From positions 50,778,001 through 50,842,000 of the forward strand of contig NC_043000.1 of assembly GCF_006345805.1 (NCBI RefSeq): a stretch of DNA of 64,000 nucleotides. The letters run 5' to 3'. The notes beneath the pieces were generated by a model that saw nothing but the letters and a program-made list of their open reading frames with translations, searched no databases and was not told where the DNA came from. Below are positions 23,900 to 37,827 of the stretch, piece after piece. Position 1 is the first letter of the stretch. Every line of letters begins with the position of its first letter. The position numbers were made by a program, and so were the translations under genes. Source of the DNA: Octopus sinensis (Eukaryota).

Positions 23900-24380
23900 C
23901 AGTAATCCCTCGATTATCGCGGATGTTACGTTCAAAATCCCCCACGATAGGTGAAAAATCTGCTAAGTAGAAACAGTACTATATTTTTTTTTAAAGGCGG
24001 TGAGCTGGCAGAAACATTAGCACATCAGGTGATATGTTTAGCGGTATTTCGTCTGCTGCTACGTTTGAGTTCAAATTCTGTCAACTTCGCCTTTCATCCT
24101 TTCAGGGTCGATAAATTAAGTACCAGTTATGCACTGGGGTCGATGTAATCGACTTAATCCCTTTGTCCTTGTTTGTCCCCGCTATGTTTAGCCCCTTGTG
24201 GGCAATAAAGAAATAAGAAACAGTACTGATATTTTTTTTATTATTCTTATAATTTGTATATATTTATTTTATTTATTTTTAATGCAGAACAACACCATGG
24301 ATGAATCGATGTAGGCTTAAATAATAAACCGTGATAGGTGACCCATTATAGGTAAACCACGATTTGGCAAGGGATTACAG
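23900..24380. mobile_element. pogo/Tigger-type MITE (TA TSD, ~23-bp TIRs) interrupted by a SINE
   Basis: Left end TA-CAGTAATCCCTCGATTATCGCGG. Right end reverse complement TA-CTGTAATCCCTTGCCAAATCGTGG. Confidence 0.8.
23994..24215 (+). mobile_element. Meta-like tRNA SINE nested in the MITE with ~22-bp TSD
   Basis: Head ggcggtgagctggcagaa, B-box gagttcaaatt, core ttcgcctttcatcctttcagggtcgataaattaagtacc. The TSD agaaacagtact(g)atattttttt lies at 23969 and 24216. Confidence 0.85.
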
Positions 24381-25789
24381 TATTGGATTTTGAATTGTTA
24401 AATTCCTAATCTCTATATTTAAACTATTCAATAGTTGTCAAAAGAATAGAAGCTGTTATTTCTAAGCAGTAGAGTATACTCTTTATATATAGAAATGAAA
24501 TATTGAAATATTAATTTATATTCTTTATTTGTAAATCTATTGACAATGACAGTGTCTTTTGGGTTTTTAGACACTAATCCAGTTTATAACCTAAAGTATT
24601 TGGAGAAATTCTTGGATAATATCCTCAGAGATGGAACAATTTCAGGAATGTTCTAAAAAGAGGGGATTTTATTCACATTAAATGTAATAGGAAATATCTT
24701 TAGAGATATTAACACCACTTGTAGGCTCTGAATAGGTCAATTTACAGAAGTGGCAATGTTGCAAATGTTAGAAATGCAATAGGTTGGCAAAATATTATTC
24801 CATTACTGAATTGATAAATTGATTTGGCACACATGTTCTGAAATAGGATAGGAAAACATAAGGGTTTTATACTTATTCTTGTATTTATTCTTGACAGGAA
24901 TTCAAATTTCTAATAAATTTCTCTTTTTATTTATTAACATGATTCTAGACTTAGCAATTCAAGAGAATTGTATTTTTCCAAAACAAAAGAGAAAATAGAA
25001 TGAGAGAAGTTGCACCATCATTATTCCAAACTTGCCAGCATTCTTAGTTGCCACTACAATAGTTAAAAAAATTATTGAAGAGATTCTGCACAATCTCAGT
25101 TAGCTGATGAATAACTTATGTTTGAAATGATGTTTAAAAAGTGAACAAAATGATATTTTAAAAGGTTCTATTAACAGTAAAGAATATAATTTTGATAGTG
25201 GAATGTTTGATGAGAAAGATTTCCATTCTACATTAAAAGACGAAGTGCCTTAAAAAATCACAACTAACATTGTCATACCATTAATATTATACAAGTTAAC
25301 AAAAATTTAGAGAGTAGTCATTTATCCTCGATTTTTGATATTCTGATTTGATTCAATATGAATTTAAAATTTTATAAATTTTCAGAAACCTTGCAATCTG
25401 TTTTACAGGCTTGAACAAAATTCTCTGAAGTATTAAGTAATTATCTTTTGATATTTAAATATTTATATTTTTCATCAATGTAATATAGAAGAAAGATGTT
25501 TGATGCTAGGAAGGTTAAAACTACACATGTATAATAATGAATTTAAGTTACTGATAATAATTTCTTGAAGAGGCACAAGTCTTACATTTTGGTGAAGGAA
25601 ACAAACCACCAATTGAATCAATTTCAGTTGTTGACAAGAATTTTTATTTATTGACTTGATGAGATAAAAACAAACTTGGTAGTATTTGACATCTGAATGT
25701 ATAGATGGGGAACTAAATACTATGAGATAAGTTGTCTGATGTTCTACCAAATTTAATAATTATAATAATAATTATGCTCCTTTTTAATT

Positions 25790-26205
25790 TTGGCACAAGG
25801 CCAGCAACCTTGAAGGGAGTAGGATGAATCACTTAAGCTGACCTCTGTACCTTACTGATACTTTATTTTATCGACCCTAAAAAGATGAAATGCCAAGTTC
25901 ACTATAGATTTGGATTCAGTATATAATGTGCCCTAACTAAATGCCCCAAGAAGATTTGTATAACATTCTCACAACTCTGCTAAACAATTGTAATAATAAT
26001 TCTTTAAAATGCTGGGACAAGGCCAAAAGAGGTAGAGATGGTTAGTTGATTAAATTAACCTCAGTGCTTGGCTGATCCTTTACTCTATCGACCCTGGCAG
26101 GAATAAAGGCAAAGTTGATCTTGGCAACAATTGAACCCCATATGTAAAGTGCCAAAACAAATGCTACAAAGTATGTTTTTCTGATACTCTAACAATCCTT
26201 CCAGC
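25790..26205 (-). mobile_element. Two degenerate Meta-like SINEs (antisense, tandem)
   Basis: Each has ttttggcacaaggccagcaa / tactttattttatcgaccc..aa.gatgaa / aaagttga..ttgg motifs. Confidence 0.6.
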
Positions 26206-26234
26206 TCATCACCTTAATAATAATAATGATAAGG

Positions 26235-26287
26235 AGAAGAAGAAGAAGAAGAAGAAGAAGAAGAAGAAGAAGAAGAAGAAGAAGAAA
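26235..26287 (+). repeat. Pure (GAA)n microsatellite
   Basis: About 17 uninterrupted GAA units. Confidence 0.95.
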
Positions 26288-26394
26288 CAGAGAAACATTC
26301 AAAATACAAAGATCTAGAAATAGAAGTAACTTGAATGCGAAGCCTAAAAACATAAATAAATCCTATTATACATTTTAAAGAATTATTCTTATTT

Positions 26395-26660
26395 AACCCT
26401 GTAGGGGCATTAGGTATGATAAAACAACATTCACACAAATAGCTAACCAAACCCGAGGACTTGCAAGTGTATATAACATGCAGAAAATAGCACTACTAGG
26501 CACTGCACACATCCTACATAAAGCACTTTTAATACAGTGAAAATAAGAACACCACAACAAACACAGCACATACCCAAGGCACACAGAGCTGTGCTCAGTA
26601 GTGCAATGAAAGCACATGATAAAAATAAGACTAATGAATAATAATGATAATAATAGTTTC
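26395..26660 (+). mobile_element. 3' end of an R4/Dong-like (RLE) non-LTR retrotransposon with (AAT)n tail
   Basis: Translation VGALGMIK...YNMQKIALLGTAHILHKALLIQ* resembles the C-terminal QK..LLGTA.ILR motif of R4-clade elements. It is followed by a short 3' UTR and (AAT)n. Confidence 0.7.
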
Positions 26661-28899
26661 AAATTTGGTCGCAAGGCACCAGTTTTTTTGTGTGTGTGGT
26701 GGAGATGAGTTGATTACATCAATCCCAGTATTCAAGTATTGGAGAGGGATTTCTTGAATCTCATGGTTCACTTCTAGCAATGAGCAGTTTTATTCACTGA
26801 TTCATAAATTGTACCTAGTGTTACCTGAGGACTGAAAATCACCATGAATTGGTCTTGTACATAGATTTTGTTCTTTGTGTGTGTGTGTGCATGCATGCAT
26901 GTGTGTGGAAATCCTTTAACCAGCATTTACTGCAACATGTGTAGCAACTGGATAATTTATCTTGAATGCTAAATTTTGTAGTTTTTCCCTGTACTCACCC
27001 TCTTTGGGATACAGTTCTGGTATTGCTTTGTGGTCTTTTGGTTTTATGAGGATAGGAATGTTCATAGTTAGCCCATCTCAGTATATGTCACCACTAGTTG
27101 CATTGGCATTGACTACATTCCCACATTATGCCATAACCAGGGATTTAATTTATTACATTATTTAACTATCGGTTATTTTATTTTGTTAAAGATGTGACAT
27201 AGTATATGGTAAATATACTTTGATGAATTTTACATCAGTATTTCCAAAGAATTCTTTAAAAGATACAAACACATAATCAATTTTTACTTCTAGCATATGT
27301 AATAAAATGTGAGCTCCATCTAAAATAGAACAGAATTTATTTTTCTAACATGAAGGTGATGATAATAGTGATGATGAAGCTTCTGCTGCTGATGGTGACA
27401 GTGATGATAAACTTTTACAGATACATGACATACCAAATCTGTCTTTTATCAAGTCCCAAGAATAGGCCCTGCTGTAAATTGAATTTATGAGAGTGAGACA
27501 CTGAACTGGTTACAATAAACTGTCTATTGTGTTTGAGCTGTTTTGGCAGACTTCAATGATGAAATAGATTTATGTTTTATCATTCTAATTTTCTAGTCTG
27601 AAAAAAATTTTTAAAGCATAAACTTTATAGATTGAACTGGAATGCAAATCTTGTCAGAGGTGTGTTACTGTGAATTACAAGAAAGCAAAATCACTTGTGT
27701 GCACAGACACACACACACATACGCACACAAATAATCATTTGGTTTAGTTGTTTTGGAAGGTTATAGTTTTTAGCATATATTATAACTTGGCTATCATTTT
27801 GGAAAAAAATGTAAAATAAAAGTGGAAGAAGCTTATAATTTACCATCTAAATACAGAAGATACGTGGTCATAGAAAAGTCATTTTTGACCATTGAACTAT
27901 GTACACTCCACATGTGTGCATCAAGATTTTGTGGTGAATAAAGTATGAGAAGATATCTTTCTAAACTCAAGTGTTTATAATGGACATCATCATGATGCAT
28001 ATGTAATTACAGGTGTGTTTACAGTGTGACTTATGTATTCATTTGCAGTGAAGTGTTATGTATGTAACTGTCTTAGTTTTTAAACATTCATTTTTTCTTT
28101 TTAGATCATATAAATTTTTAAAAAAGCTGAATTAATGTGCCATTACACTTTTAGCACCTTTTTACCTGTATCATCTCATTCTTTATCTTGCTGCTTCAAG
28201 TCTTCAATTTTGTTCCATAGTGAAGAATGTTTGTATGTGAAGTGAGAATAAAATTTGTTATGCAAAAAATTTGATGAAGAAATTTGCAGAAGTGTAAAAG
28301 CATAATAACAGATAATAAAAGTTAACAAGAATGTTGAATACATTCTTTGTTTACTGTTTTCTTCTTCAAGAAAATAAAAGTCAAGATGGAAGTGTTTTCC
28401 TTTACAAGTGATGAAATAAACATCAAATACTTTGCATTGCTTTGTGCAAAAACTGCTGTAGCTATTTAAACATATTGTAAGTTCTTCTTCTAATGATGAG
28501 TTAAGCTATTGCAGTGTTGGAAACCCTTCCATATCTTCAACGGGCATCTCAATATTGCTAGCATTTTATCTCTTGACTTGTATGCTTCACCTGAGTGAGA
28601 CGGCAAAAATCAAAATTAACGTTTGATTGCAGAAGAGTACTGTATTCTGTGATCAATTGACAACTGCAATAAACTTGAAATGGTTTCATCTACCATGGCT
28701 GTCTCCATGTTGACTTTCTTCCATTGCTAGGATTGCAAACCAATCTTCTGCAGGAAATAGCGCACTGCCCTTGCTGGAAAACCACAGCAGCTAATTTCAA
28801 TGGGGAATGATACTGTGTGCCATCCTTTGACAAAAGCCTTATGAACCATTTCTAATATTTTGCTTTCTTCACTTCATGAGAGATGTCGAGTCTGTCCTC

Positions 28900-29680
28900 C
28901 TAAAATTCTGTAACAGCTTTCTTCCAATACTCTCTCATATTGTCAGCAATTGATAGTGCTTCAGGCCATTCTTAGAATGTCAAAACTCTTCAAATTGGAC
29001 TTCCTGCTGAAGTAGTTTACCTACCACTAAATACTACTTCCTTACTCTAACCTATGGACCAGTGTGTAGTTTCTAATATAAAAGCCATTACCTTCATCAC
29101 ATTTTCAAACAACTTATTGAAGAAACAGATGGCTGTGACAAAACAATATTTAGAGACTATAGGAAAACTAGTAGATTATGAGAGCCATGGATATTATCAT
29201 AGTATCCTGAGATAAAAATGCCAAGAACTTTAGTTCTTAAAGTTTAGAAGAAGTGAAGGCAGAAGCATGGAATGATTATCTAGAATTTGACAAAGACTAG
29301 CACCAGCTGTCATTAGAGACATTATTGAGCAGGCTCATAAAAAGAATAATTATAGTGTGTAAGATTTGGAGGAATTACTCAAGTCTGATGGTAAGAATTT
29401 ATCTGTAAAAGAGTTGCATGAGTTAATGGAGCACTACATCCATAATGAGCATGCATTATACTGTAGTGCCAGTAATGCCAGATAAAATTCTTACAACCGA
29501 ATTCCTCACTGATAGCTTCACCAAGATTATGAAAATTATGGATCAGATTATTGAGCAAGTCCCTGATTGAAAGTGCACATGAGGAAACAGAAACGAATTC
29601 TGAGCCTGGAAGCAAGATGCCTTGGACATGATATCCTGCTACTATGAATTGCTACATGATAAAAGGTTCCCAAAAAGATA
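28900..29680 (+). mobile_element. Decayed pogo/Tigger (DDE_1) transposase C-terminal half
   Basis: IDSASGH...EVVYLPLNTTSLL*PMDQCVVSNIKA (cf. LDNAPGH...FLPPNTTSLIQPMDQGVI..FKA), DLEELLKSDGKNLSVKELHEL and CYYELLHDK. Confidence 0.7.
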
Positions 29681-30225
29681 GATAATGTTGTATTTTATGA
29701 ATATGACTAATGTGCAAGAAATACTCGCATCCTGAATCCACAGTTTTGTTGTAGCATATTCTACAACATTTCACAGTTGCTTTTCGACTGAATTAATGGT
29801 GAGCAGGTCAGTGTACTTGTGACTAGAGTTGATTAATTTAACCTGCATCAAAATTTCATAATGATATTAGATATAAATTAATTGAACTTTGTTTTTTTTT
29901 TATATTTCGCAATAAATTGATATTACAGTGTTTAGCACCATATTGTGTGAGGTTATTTAAAGTGAACAAGTGCTTGAAGGGTGCGACAGCAAGTCTTTGG
30001 ATGTTTCAGTCATTAGGCAGGCAATGTTAATCACATGATATATCACTCATGAAAATAGATGCTCCAGCCCATAGCTCTGTTTATTGTATGTTTTAATGAC
30101 ACCACACTGTGCTGTTTCATTTAACACAGCATTTTCAATACTACATGTACAGTGTTCATTGAAATATTAATGTATACATATGCATGTGTATATAGTTGAA
30201 TATGTATTTATGAGTGTCTGTAAAA

Positions 30226-30300
30226 AGGTGGGTATATGCATATATGTATGCATTTGTGTGGGTTTATATGTATATGTGTGTATGTATATGTACGTATTTA

Positions 30301-30331
<31 letters not shown>

Positions 30332-30448
30332 TAATACATATATATACATACACACACACATATATATATATACATAAATACGTACATATACATACACACA
30401 TATACATATAAACCCACACAAATACATACATATATGCATATACCCACC

Positions 30449-30449
<1 letters not shown>
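30226..30449. repeat. Near-perfect ~90-bp inverted repeat (foldback) inside a microsatellite field
   Basis: 30226-~30314 is the reverse complement of ~30360-30449 with a single mismatch that I could see. Confidence 0.9.
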
Positions 30450-30482
<33 letters not shown>

Positions 30483-30992
30483 GATATATATGTATGTATG
30501 TAGATATATATATATGTATGTATGTATGTATGTAGATATATATATGTATGTATGTATGTATGTAGATATATATATATGTATGTATGTATATAGATATATA
30601 TATATATGTATGTATGTATATATGTAGATATATATATATATATATGTATGTATGTAGATATATATATATATGTATGTATGTATGTAGATATATATATATG
30701 TATGTATATATGTAGATATATATATATATGTATTATGTATATATGTAGGTATATACATGTGTATGTATGTATTTATGCATGGAGGAAGATATGTGGCTTC
30801 AGCCATTTGAATCTGATGGATCACCTTATATGCTAAGAGCTTTATAGGTGTGAAACTAATGGTCACTCTATGACCTTCCATACCATTTGACTTCCTAATA
30901 CATATATATATGTGTGTGTGTGTGTGTGTATATATGTATATATATGTGTGTGTATATATATATACACGTATATATACATGTATATATATATG

Positions 30993-31037
<45 letters not shown>

Positions 31038-31170
31038 GTATATATGTATGTATGCATATATATTTGTATGTATATATGTATATATGTATATATATATATG
31101 TATATATATGTGTATATATACATATATATGTGAGTGTATATATATATATTATATATATATATATATATAT
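30450..31170. repeat. Compound microsatellite field with higher-order (TATG)n-TAGA-(TA)n units
   Basis: Directly visible. It is the source of the 205-aa IYIHTY ORF. Confidence 0.9.
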
Positions 31171-31172
31171 AC

Positions 31173-31363
31173 ACTGGCAGGTGGCATGTAAAAAGCACCC
31201 ACTACACTCACAGAGTGGTTGGCGTTAGGAAGGGCATCCAGCTGTGGAAACACTGCGAGATCAGACTGGGCCTGGCGCAGCCTTCTGGCTTCCCAGATCC
31301 CAGCTGAACCATCCAACCCATGCTAGCATGGAAAAACGGACGTTAAACGATGATGATGATGAT
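31173..31363 (+). mobile_element. RTE-type 3' tail repeat ending in (ATG)n
   Basis: aaaagcacccactacactc..gagtggttggcgttaggaagggcatccagctg...ggacgttaaacgatgatgatgatg. Confidence 0.85.
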
Positions 31364-31818
31364 GGCCAAAATAAGTGTAAGATGGCAGCTCTATTCCTTC
31401 ATTAATTTATTTCTAACAAAACTGTATAAAATTATCTTACTTTTTACAGTTTATGTGGAATTTTCTTTCTCTTTTAAATGACATAGGCATTATATATCTT
31501 TCTAAAATTTGAATAATTTTAACGCGCAATTAATTCAAATGAATTTATTATTAATCAGGATAATTGTTTCCTCACATCAAGCATTGATTCCCTCAGGGGT
31601 GGGACACTCAACAACTGGTTCACGAGCATCCAGCTGTGCTGATGTATCTCATTGGGTGATAAATGGACCCAGCTCATTAACTTCTACATTTTTATGCTGT
31701 ACTTCATTTTATCCCCCTTCAGTCGCCATACAAAATAGGTATACATTGGGCAGATGGCTCATTCATTTAAGAACCATTATCATAACCATGTCACCAGCTT
31801 TAAGACAATTAATATATA

Positions 31819-31955
31819 TGGCGTTAGGAGGGGCATCCAGCCATAGAAACCATACTAGAGTTTGGTACAGCCATCCAGCTTGCCAGCCCTGGTCAAACCA
31901 TCCAACCCATGCCAGCATGGACTACGGATGTTAAATGATGATGATGATGATGATA
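31819..31955 (+). mobile_element. Truncated RTE-type 3' tail repeat
   Basis: tggcgttaggaggggcatccagcc...catccaacccatgccagcatgg...atgatgatg. Confidence 0.75.
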
Positions 31956-32485
31956 ATATATATATATATATAATTCAAAATGTATCGCTCTGAAACATAC
32001 TTTCTCATTCATATTTGAATCTAGTATTAAATTGTAGTTTCCTGTAAACACTCATTTCCAGTTCCTTAGGCTGATTTCTTATATTTCCAAGAGAAAGTAC
32101 AATAGAAATTTTCCTGTTGTATAGTGTTCCTTGTTTAGATATTAACCATAATTAATCCTCAGAAAGCAATTTTGCTTCTCAATTATAAAATAGAAAATTT
32201 CTTATTCATTCACTTATAAAAAAAAAAGTGTATTTTATGTTAAATAAAACAAACAAAATGATGTTACTTAAGAGAAAATGCCCTCTAGCAACTTTATATC
32301 TACATAATCTTTTTGCAAGGAAATTCCTAATTTGTCTTATAAAAATTAGTGTTTGCTTGTGTGTGTTTACAAGTATATAAACTGTATATGTCAGTATATA
32401 TATATATAATATATATATATATATGTATATATATATATGTATATATATATATGTATATATACATATATATATATGTATATATATA

Positions 32486-32531
<46 letters not shown>

Positions 32532-33100
32532 TATGTATGTGTGCATGCACACACAGACACTTGGAGATACACATTCATACATCATGTGTATGTACCATAT
32601 CTATCTCTTTATCAGTACTACTTATTATTAGCTAAACTTAACAACTGACCAAAGAAAACAACCTCACTTCCATCTCACCTAACATCTACCACCATAGTCT
32701 TGTAGCAAGAAACCTAACTATAGTCTTTGGGAATACTATGAATTAAACTAAAAATTATTTTCAAGCATCCTCATTATAATCTCTTCCACGCTCTACAAGC
32801 ATTGTACCTCTGTATCTACTCACATACAACATAGAACCATTGCAATCACAGACACTGTGTGCACAAACACACACACACGCACACACCTTCATTCATATGC
32901 ATCACATACAAACAGAACACATACAGACACTCATACATGTATACATTCATTCATATATCTCGCATATATACAACATATGTCCCAATACCTTTTACAGCAA
33001 GAAATTTTGCTGAACCCTTTGTGAAAAATATATATGAAAAAGCTTCAGTTTCCACTAAAGTCATACATAGCTGTCACCCATTATGGTATAAAAAAGTTTA

Positions 33101-33265
33101 ATCGTCTGCCGCTACATTCTGAGTTCAAATTCCGCTGAGGTTGACTTTGCCTTTCATCCTTTCGGGGTCAATTAAATAAGTACCAGTTACGCACTGGGGT
33201 CAATATAATCGACTTAATCCATGTGTCTGTCCTTGTTTGTCCTCTCTGTGAGTAGTAAAGAAATA
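33101..33265 (+). mobile_element. 5'-truncated Meta-like SINE with TSD
   Basis: Starts at atcgtctgccgctacattctgagttcaaatt and ends aaagaaata. It is flanked by ggtataaaaaagttta (33085) and ggtataaaagttta (33266). Confidence 0.8.
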
Positions 33266-34330
33266 GGTATAAAAGTTTATGTATTTACTTTACATTTTGT
33301 ATGAAGTTCTACATCAAATAATGCTTATTCACTGTATAAGATACACCCATATGTGTTAAACACTCGTGATATTATAATGCACACACATCTGCATTCACAA
33401 ATGCATTCATATACTCACACACAATATATATTAAGAAAGAGAGTATTCGGTTAATCATTGTAATTATATTTTCCACTAATTATTTTAGTTTGTTTATGGT
33501 GATGAAGAACCAATTAATAATTTCATTACTTATTAATATTTATGGATATTAAGTTTGCAAAAAAAAAAATAAATAAAGAATGAGAAGAAATTAATAAATA
33601 AAAATTGGAATAATAACTGACTTAGGAACTGTTTTTAAATTATGTTCTGGAATGGTAAATATTTTTTTCTTTCTTATTTTGGGGTAACTTAAATCAAAAC
33701 TAATAATTATTAGGTAAACAATGAATTAACACACTTTTCCACCAGTAAATAGATCTCCTGAGATACAGTATTAGAATATACTTATACTCTTCTAGAAAGC
33801 AACATATAACTATTTAGATATATACTGTCTGCTTTTTATATTCTGACAAACATATTTGCAGGATTACTGTCAGAGTTGATAGTATTCCTTTGATGTTGGA
33901 TTGCAAAGCTCAATACTTGCTTCTTGGTCTTTTTTTATGAGACTCATGGATTATATCTTTATACTAACATCCTCTTGTGGAAAAGCTTTCAATAATTTGA
34001 TAAATATTTGTTAGTGTATATGCACATATTAATTTCTGTTTTAAATATCCGAAATTGAACAGCTATATTTGCTTTTTGATTTCCATCTGAGAAGAACAAA
34101 TAGTCATCTATTCGTCCACTTCAACAGGGAATCTCTTCATAAAGGTTTGGTTGTTTATTTCAAATCAATCTTGCAAGGGTTGTACACTATGTCATTGTGT
34201 AACAAGAAGGTTAATTGCATTGGATTAATGAGACAAGCTAGACTGTAATATCAGCAATAATAAGAAGCTTTATAATGCTTGTACATATATTATATCTGAG
34301 ATGGAATGGATACCTAAATGTCTTTATTAG

Positions 34331-34420
34331 AACATGTCCGAAAATGAAGAAAAACAGAGAAAGTTGAAGAAATATGTAGACGCTTCTTACCACATTCAAA
34401 ACAACAAAAATATACTTCAT
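34331..34420 (+). CDS. Candidate 90-nt phase-0 coding exon (NMSENEEKQRKLKKYVDASYHIQNNKNILH), product unknown
   Basis: Acceptor gtctttattag, donor CAT|GTAAGC, open frame, GAAGAA-rich. No homology recognised. Confidence 0.2.
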
Positions 34421-36699
34421 GTAAGCAAATCTGTTTCCAATATGATTAAGTTGACTGACTATATATGGAGAGAGGTTGAACACAAGGCTCATCCTATTTA
34501 GGACCTTTTCTTATAAGCTGCTTATCCAAATAACAGACTTCTAATTACAACCGAATATACACACTGGCAAACTGTTCAATTGCAAAATCTAATAAATGGC
34601 TGAGAGCTTATGTAGAGCACTTTATCAAAAGCAAGAAATAAAGCAAGTTTTACATAGGCAGTACCATTTATTACAACATATAAGCATTAGAAAGCAGATT
34701 AACATGGCAGCTTCATTTATTAAAATGGTTTATGATCAGTTGCCAGAATAAAGAAGTTAAAGTTTCTATTAATGTATTTGATGGAAATCTTTCTAACTTG
34801 AAGAAAGAATACTTATTAGGCATGTGCAACAAGAGATTAACAATTGCTATGAGTTTTCTAGCTGTCAGCTATTTATTGCGTTATATGAATATCACAGCTA
34901 CATATCCTCATTACAATGTGTATATCCATATATGTTACAAGTTTCGATTACCATTTACTTCTGGCTTCAGGTTTTTTTTTTATTTTATTTTTTTTTAGTT
35001 TAGATCATGATTATAGCTTATTAATTCTGAAATATTCAATGAATGTATTTTTTCCAACTCTGCATGAAATGGCATTCGTTACACATTTCTATACTTCAAC
35101 AAAAATAGCTCAAGTAAACTAGAAGGTCATATTTTTTTTATTACATTTACATATCTTTGCATTTAATTACATTTATTGATATATTAATGCTTTAATGTTT
35201 TGCTTATTATAGAATATTGTTTGGGCTGCACTGTAAATTTTGGGTAATATGTCAGTAAAGCATATCTGCTAATTGGCTTTACATCACATTTTGAACTGAG
35301 ATGTCAATCCTGCTATTAATGATATTAAAATAGAACAAACACCACAAACTTTCTTGTATAATTTGAAGGTATTTCATAGAGATAATCATATGACCTTATA
35401 AATTGGCATTATTATCAATTCTTGATTTATAATACCAAAAGAAAAAAATAAACAAACAAAAAGGTCATTATTTACAAAAGGTTGAAATATGAACTTATGT
35501 TTATAATTTGTCTTTGTCTACTAAAGTTATATTCTAAAAAGTTTGAGGCTGGTCATGATTGAATATAAACTAGTTTATACATAATATCTCATTTTCTACA
35601 TCACATCTTCCAGTTTAAATTCAAACACTGTCAAATAGTTTATTCATTCTGTAATTGATATAATAAATACCAGTAAGGTTCTGGTTCGGATATTCAAACT
35701 ATGTATTACTAAATAAAAAAAATTAAACTGTGCTTATCAAAGAAATCATTATTATTATTGTTGTGTTCTTTTCATCAAAACTATATTTATTTTATATTGA
35801 TTTTGAAATCACTAATAATGACTGAGAAATGTGTAATAATCCATGACTATTTTTTCTTATTATGATAGTTTGACCAGCTATCTACTGAACCTTAAACTAA
35901 ACCTAATGAAAATCAACAGAACTGAAAATTATAGAAATATATTTTTTCTGATTTCTTTTTTGTTCATTTCTCAATATTTTCAATAATGAAAATAGAAAAG
36001 AACAAAAAAAAAAGAAAGAAAACACTAAGAAAGAAAAAAAGAAAGAATGATTTTTATCAGTTGCTATAAAGAAAATAATGTATCTAGGAAGAAGAAAGAC
36101 AGGAAGGTTCAAAGGTTGTAACTCATTATAAAAAGCATCAAATCTGTAATTATCTTTTCTTTAAATTTCTATGGAAATATCAGTTTATTGATTCTTGTTG
36201 ATGTTGAATGAGGTATCATTAATATATGTTTAATAGTTGCTTGAATAGCTGAATTCAATAGCATTATGTTTGCTCTTTCCTAGCCTTTTCTTTTATTTCT
36301 TTTTTATCTCAATAAAAATGTCAGTCAACTTTGTTCTGTAAAAATCACTGCTCCCTTTTTTTTTTTTTCATGTTCAAATTTCACCTATGTACTTTATAAG
36401 ATACTTGACAAACTATCAAGAATATGTTACTAACCAACACCCCCGCCTAAATCAGTATTACATCTAGGTATGTATGAGTGGTGTATGTGTGTTACACACA
36501 CACACAAAATCATCATTAGCATCAGTATCCCCGTTAACAATATTTTCACATCTGTTTTTGCCATTCTGACATCAGTTAGGGAAGGCTGTGCAGATAGTAG
36601 TCTCTTGTAATCCAAGCAAAATAGTTCTGTATTTCTTGCTGAAGAATCTGCACAAATGATTTGTTTATAGCGATCAAATGTATGTCCTGTACATTAGTT

Positions 36700-36893
36700 C
36701 ACTCCCTCCATCAAAATTAACATTGCCTGAACAGAGGCATGGTGGACCATACATCAGGTGTCAAAGTGATTGCAGTGCATCGTGAGATGAAGTGTTTTGC
36801 TCAAGAACACAATGTACTATCTGACCCAGAAATTGAAACCATGATCTTGTAATTTCAAGTGCAATACCCTAACCACTCGCCATGTTCCCTCAC
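36700..36893 (-). mobile_element. Old tRNA-headed SINE with CORE-like segment (antisense)
   Basis: Reverse complement reads atggcgagtggttagggtattgcac...atcatggtttcaattt...tgtgttcttgagcaaaacacttcatctcac. Confidence 0.55.
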
Positions 36894-37312
36894 ATTAAAG
36901 CATATTAATAAAAGCAATACTCTATGGGTGGATGCCTTTCTCATTACCATCACAATTTTTGCTCCATTTGTCTTTCTGCACTAAATGCACCTATGTTTAT
37001 AGTTGCTGCCATAAAATTTTGGAACCTGCAGGAAGGGATGGGTGCCTTCAGTAGTAAAACTGCTTGCATGTTCATTCATTAAAGTCTGACTCTATCTGTA
37101 CCTGTAGAGAATTAAAAAAACAAAGATCAGACTCTGGTTTAGTGATAATTGATAGATTTATACACATGAGTACTTTTCCCTATTATTAAATTTACCATCA
37201 TTCATTTGTTCTCCAACATTTGCTGCATATGCTACAATAGGTGCCATTTAAGCTATTATCAGTAAATAAATGAATATAAATATATACATATATACATATA
37301 TATGTATACATA

Positions 37313-37360
<48 letters not shown>

Positions 37361-37790
37361 TACATATGCATATATATACAAATATGTGTGCCTGTGTATA
37401 TGTATATATACCTAATGTCATTAAGGATACCATTGTTTTGTGTGTATGCTAAAACATTTTTTTTATTACTCTTTGCTGGATCCTGGTGCAGTGGGGCAGT
37501 TGTATCTGTTATATGAAACAGATGAGCTATGAGTGTGTGGGAGAGGTTACAGATAGTCACAGAGGGCTGGAGTGTTTTTTTTTTTCTATTTTTAAAAAAT
37601 ATTTTTGATTACATATCAAGTAAGAGAGGTGAGAAAGTGATAAACATCCAGTATGGGAGTTAGGACAGTTGCATTGCTGAAAAGCAAGCCTCAAATCCTG
37701 TGGGATGGCAGAAATCTGTTTAGCAGTATAATAAATCATAAGCTAGAGAAGGAAAAAATGAAAGAAAAAAACAATTAGCAAGCACTAAAT

Positions 37791-37827
<37 letters not shown>

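Noticed and set aside
25080-25252. Acidic protein-like stretch EQNDILKGSINSKEYNFDSGMFDEKDFHSTLKDEVP*
   Set aside because: Preceded by in-frame stops, with no acceptor. It is probably a decayed TE or chance.
27351-27430. Asp-rich reading DDNSDDEASAADGDSDD
   Set aside because: A degenerate (GAT)n microsatellite.
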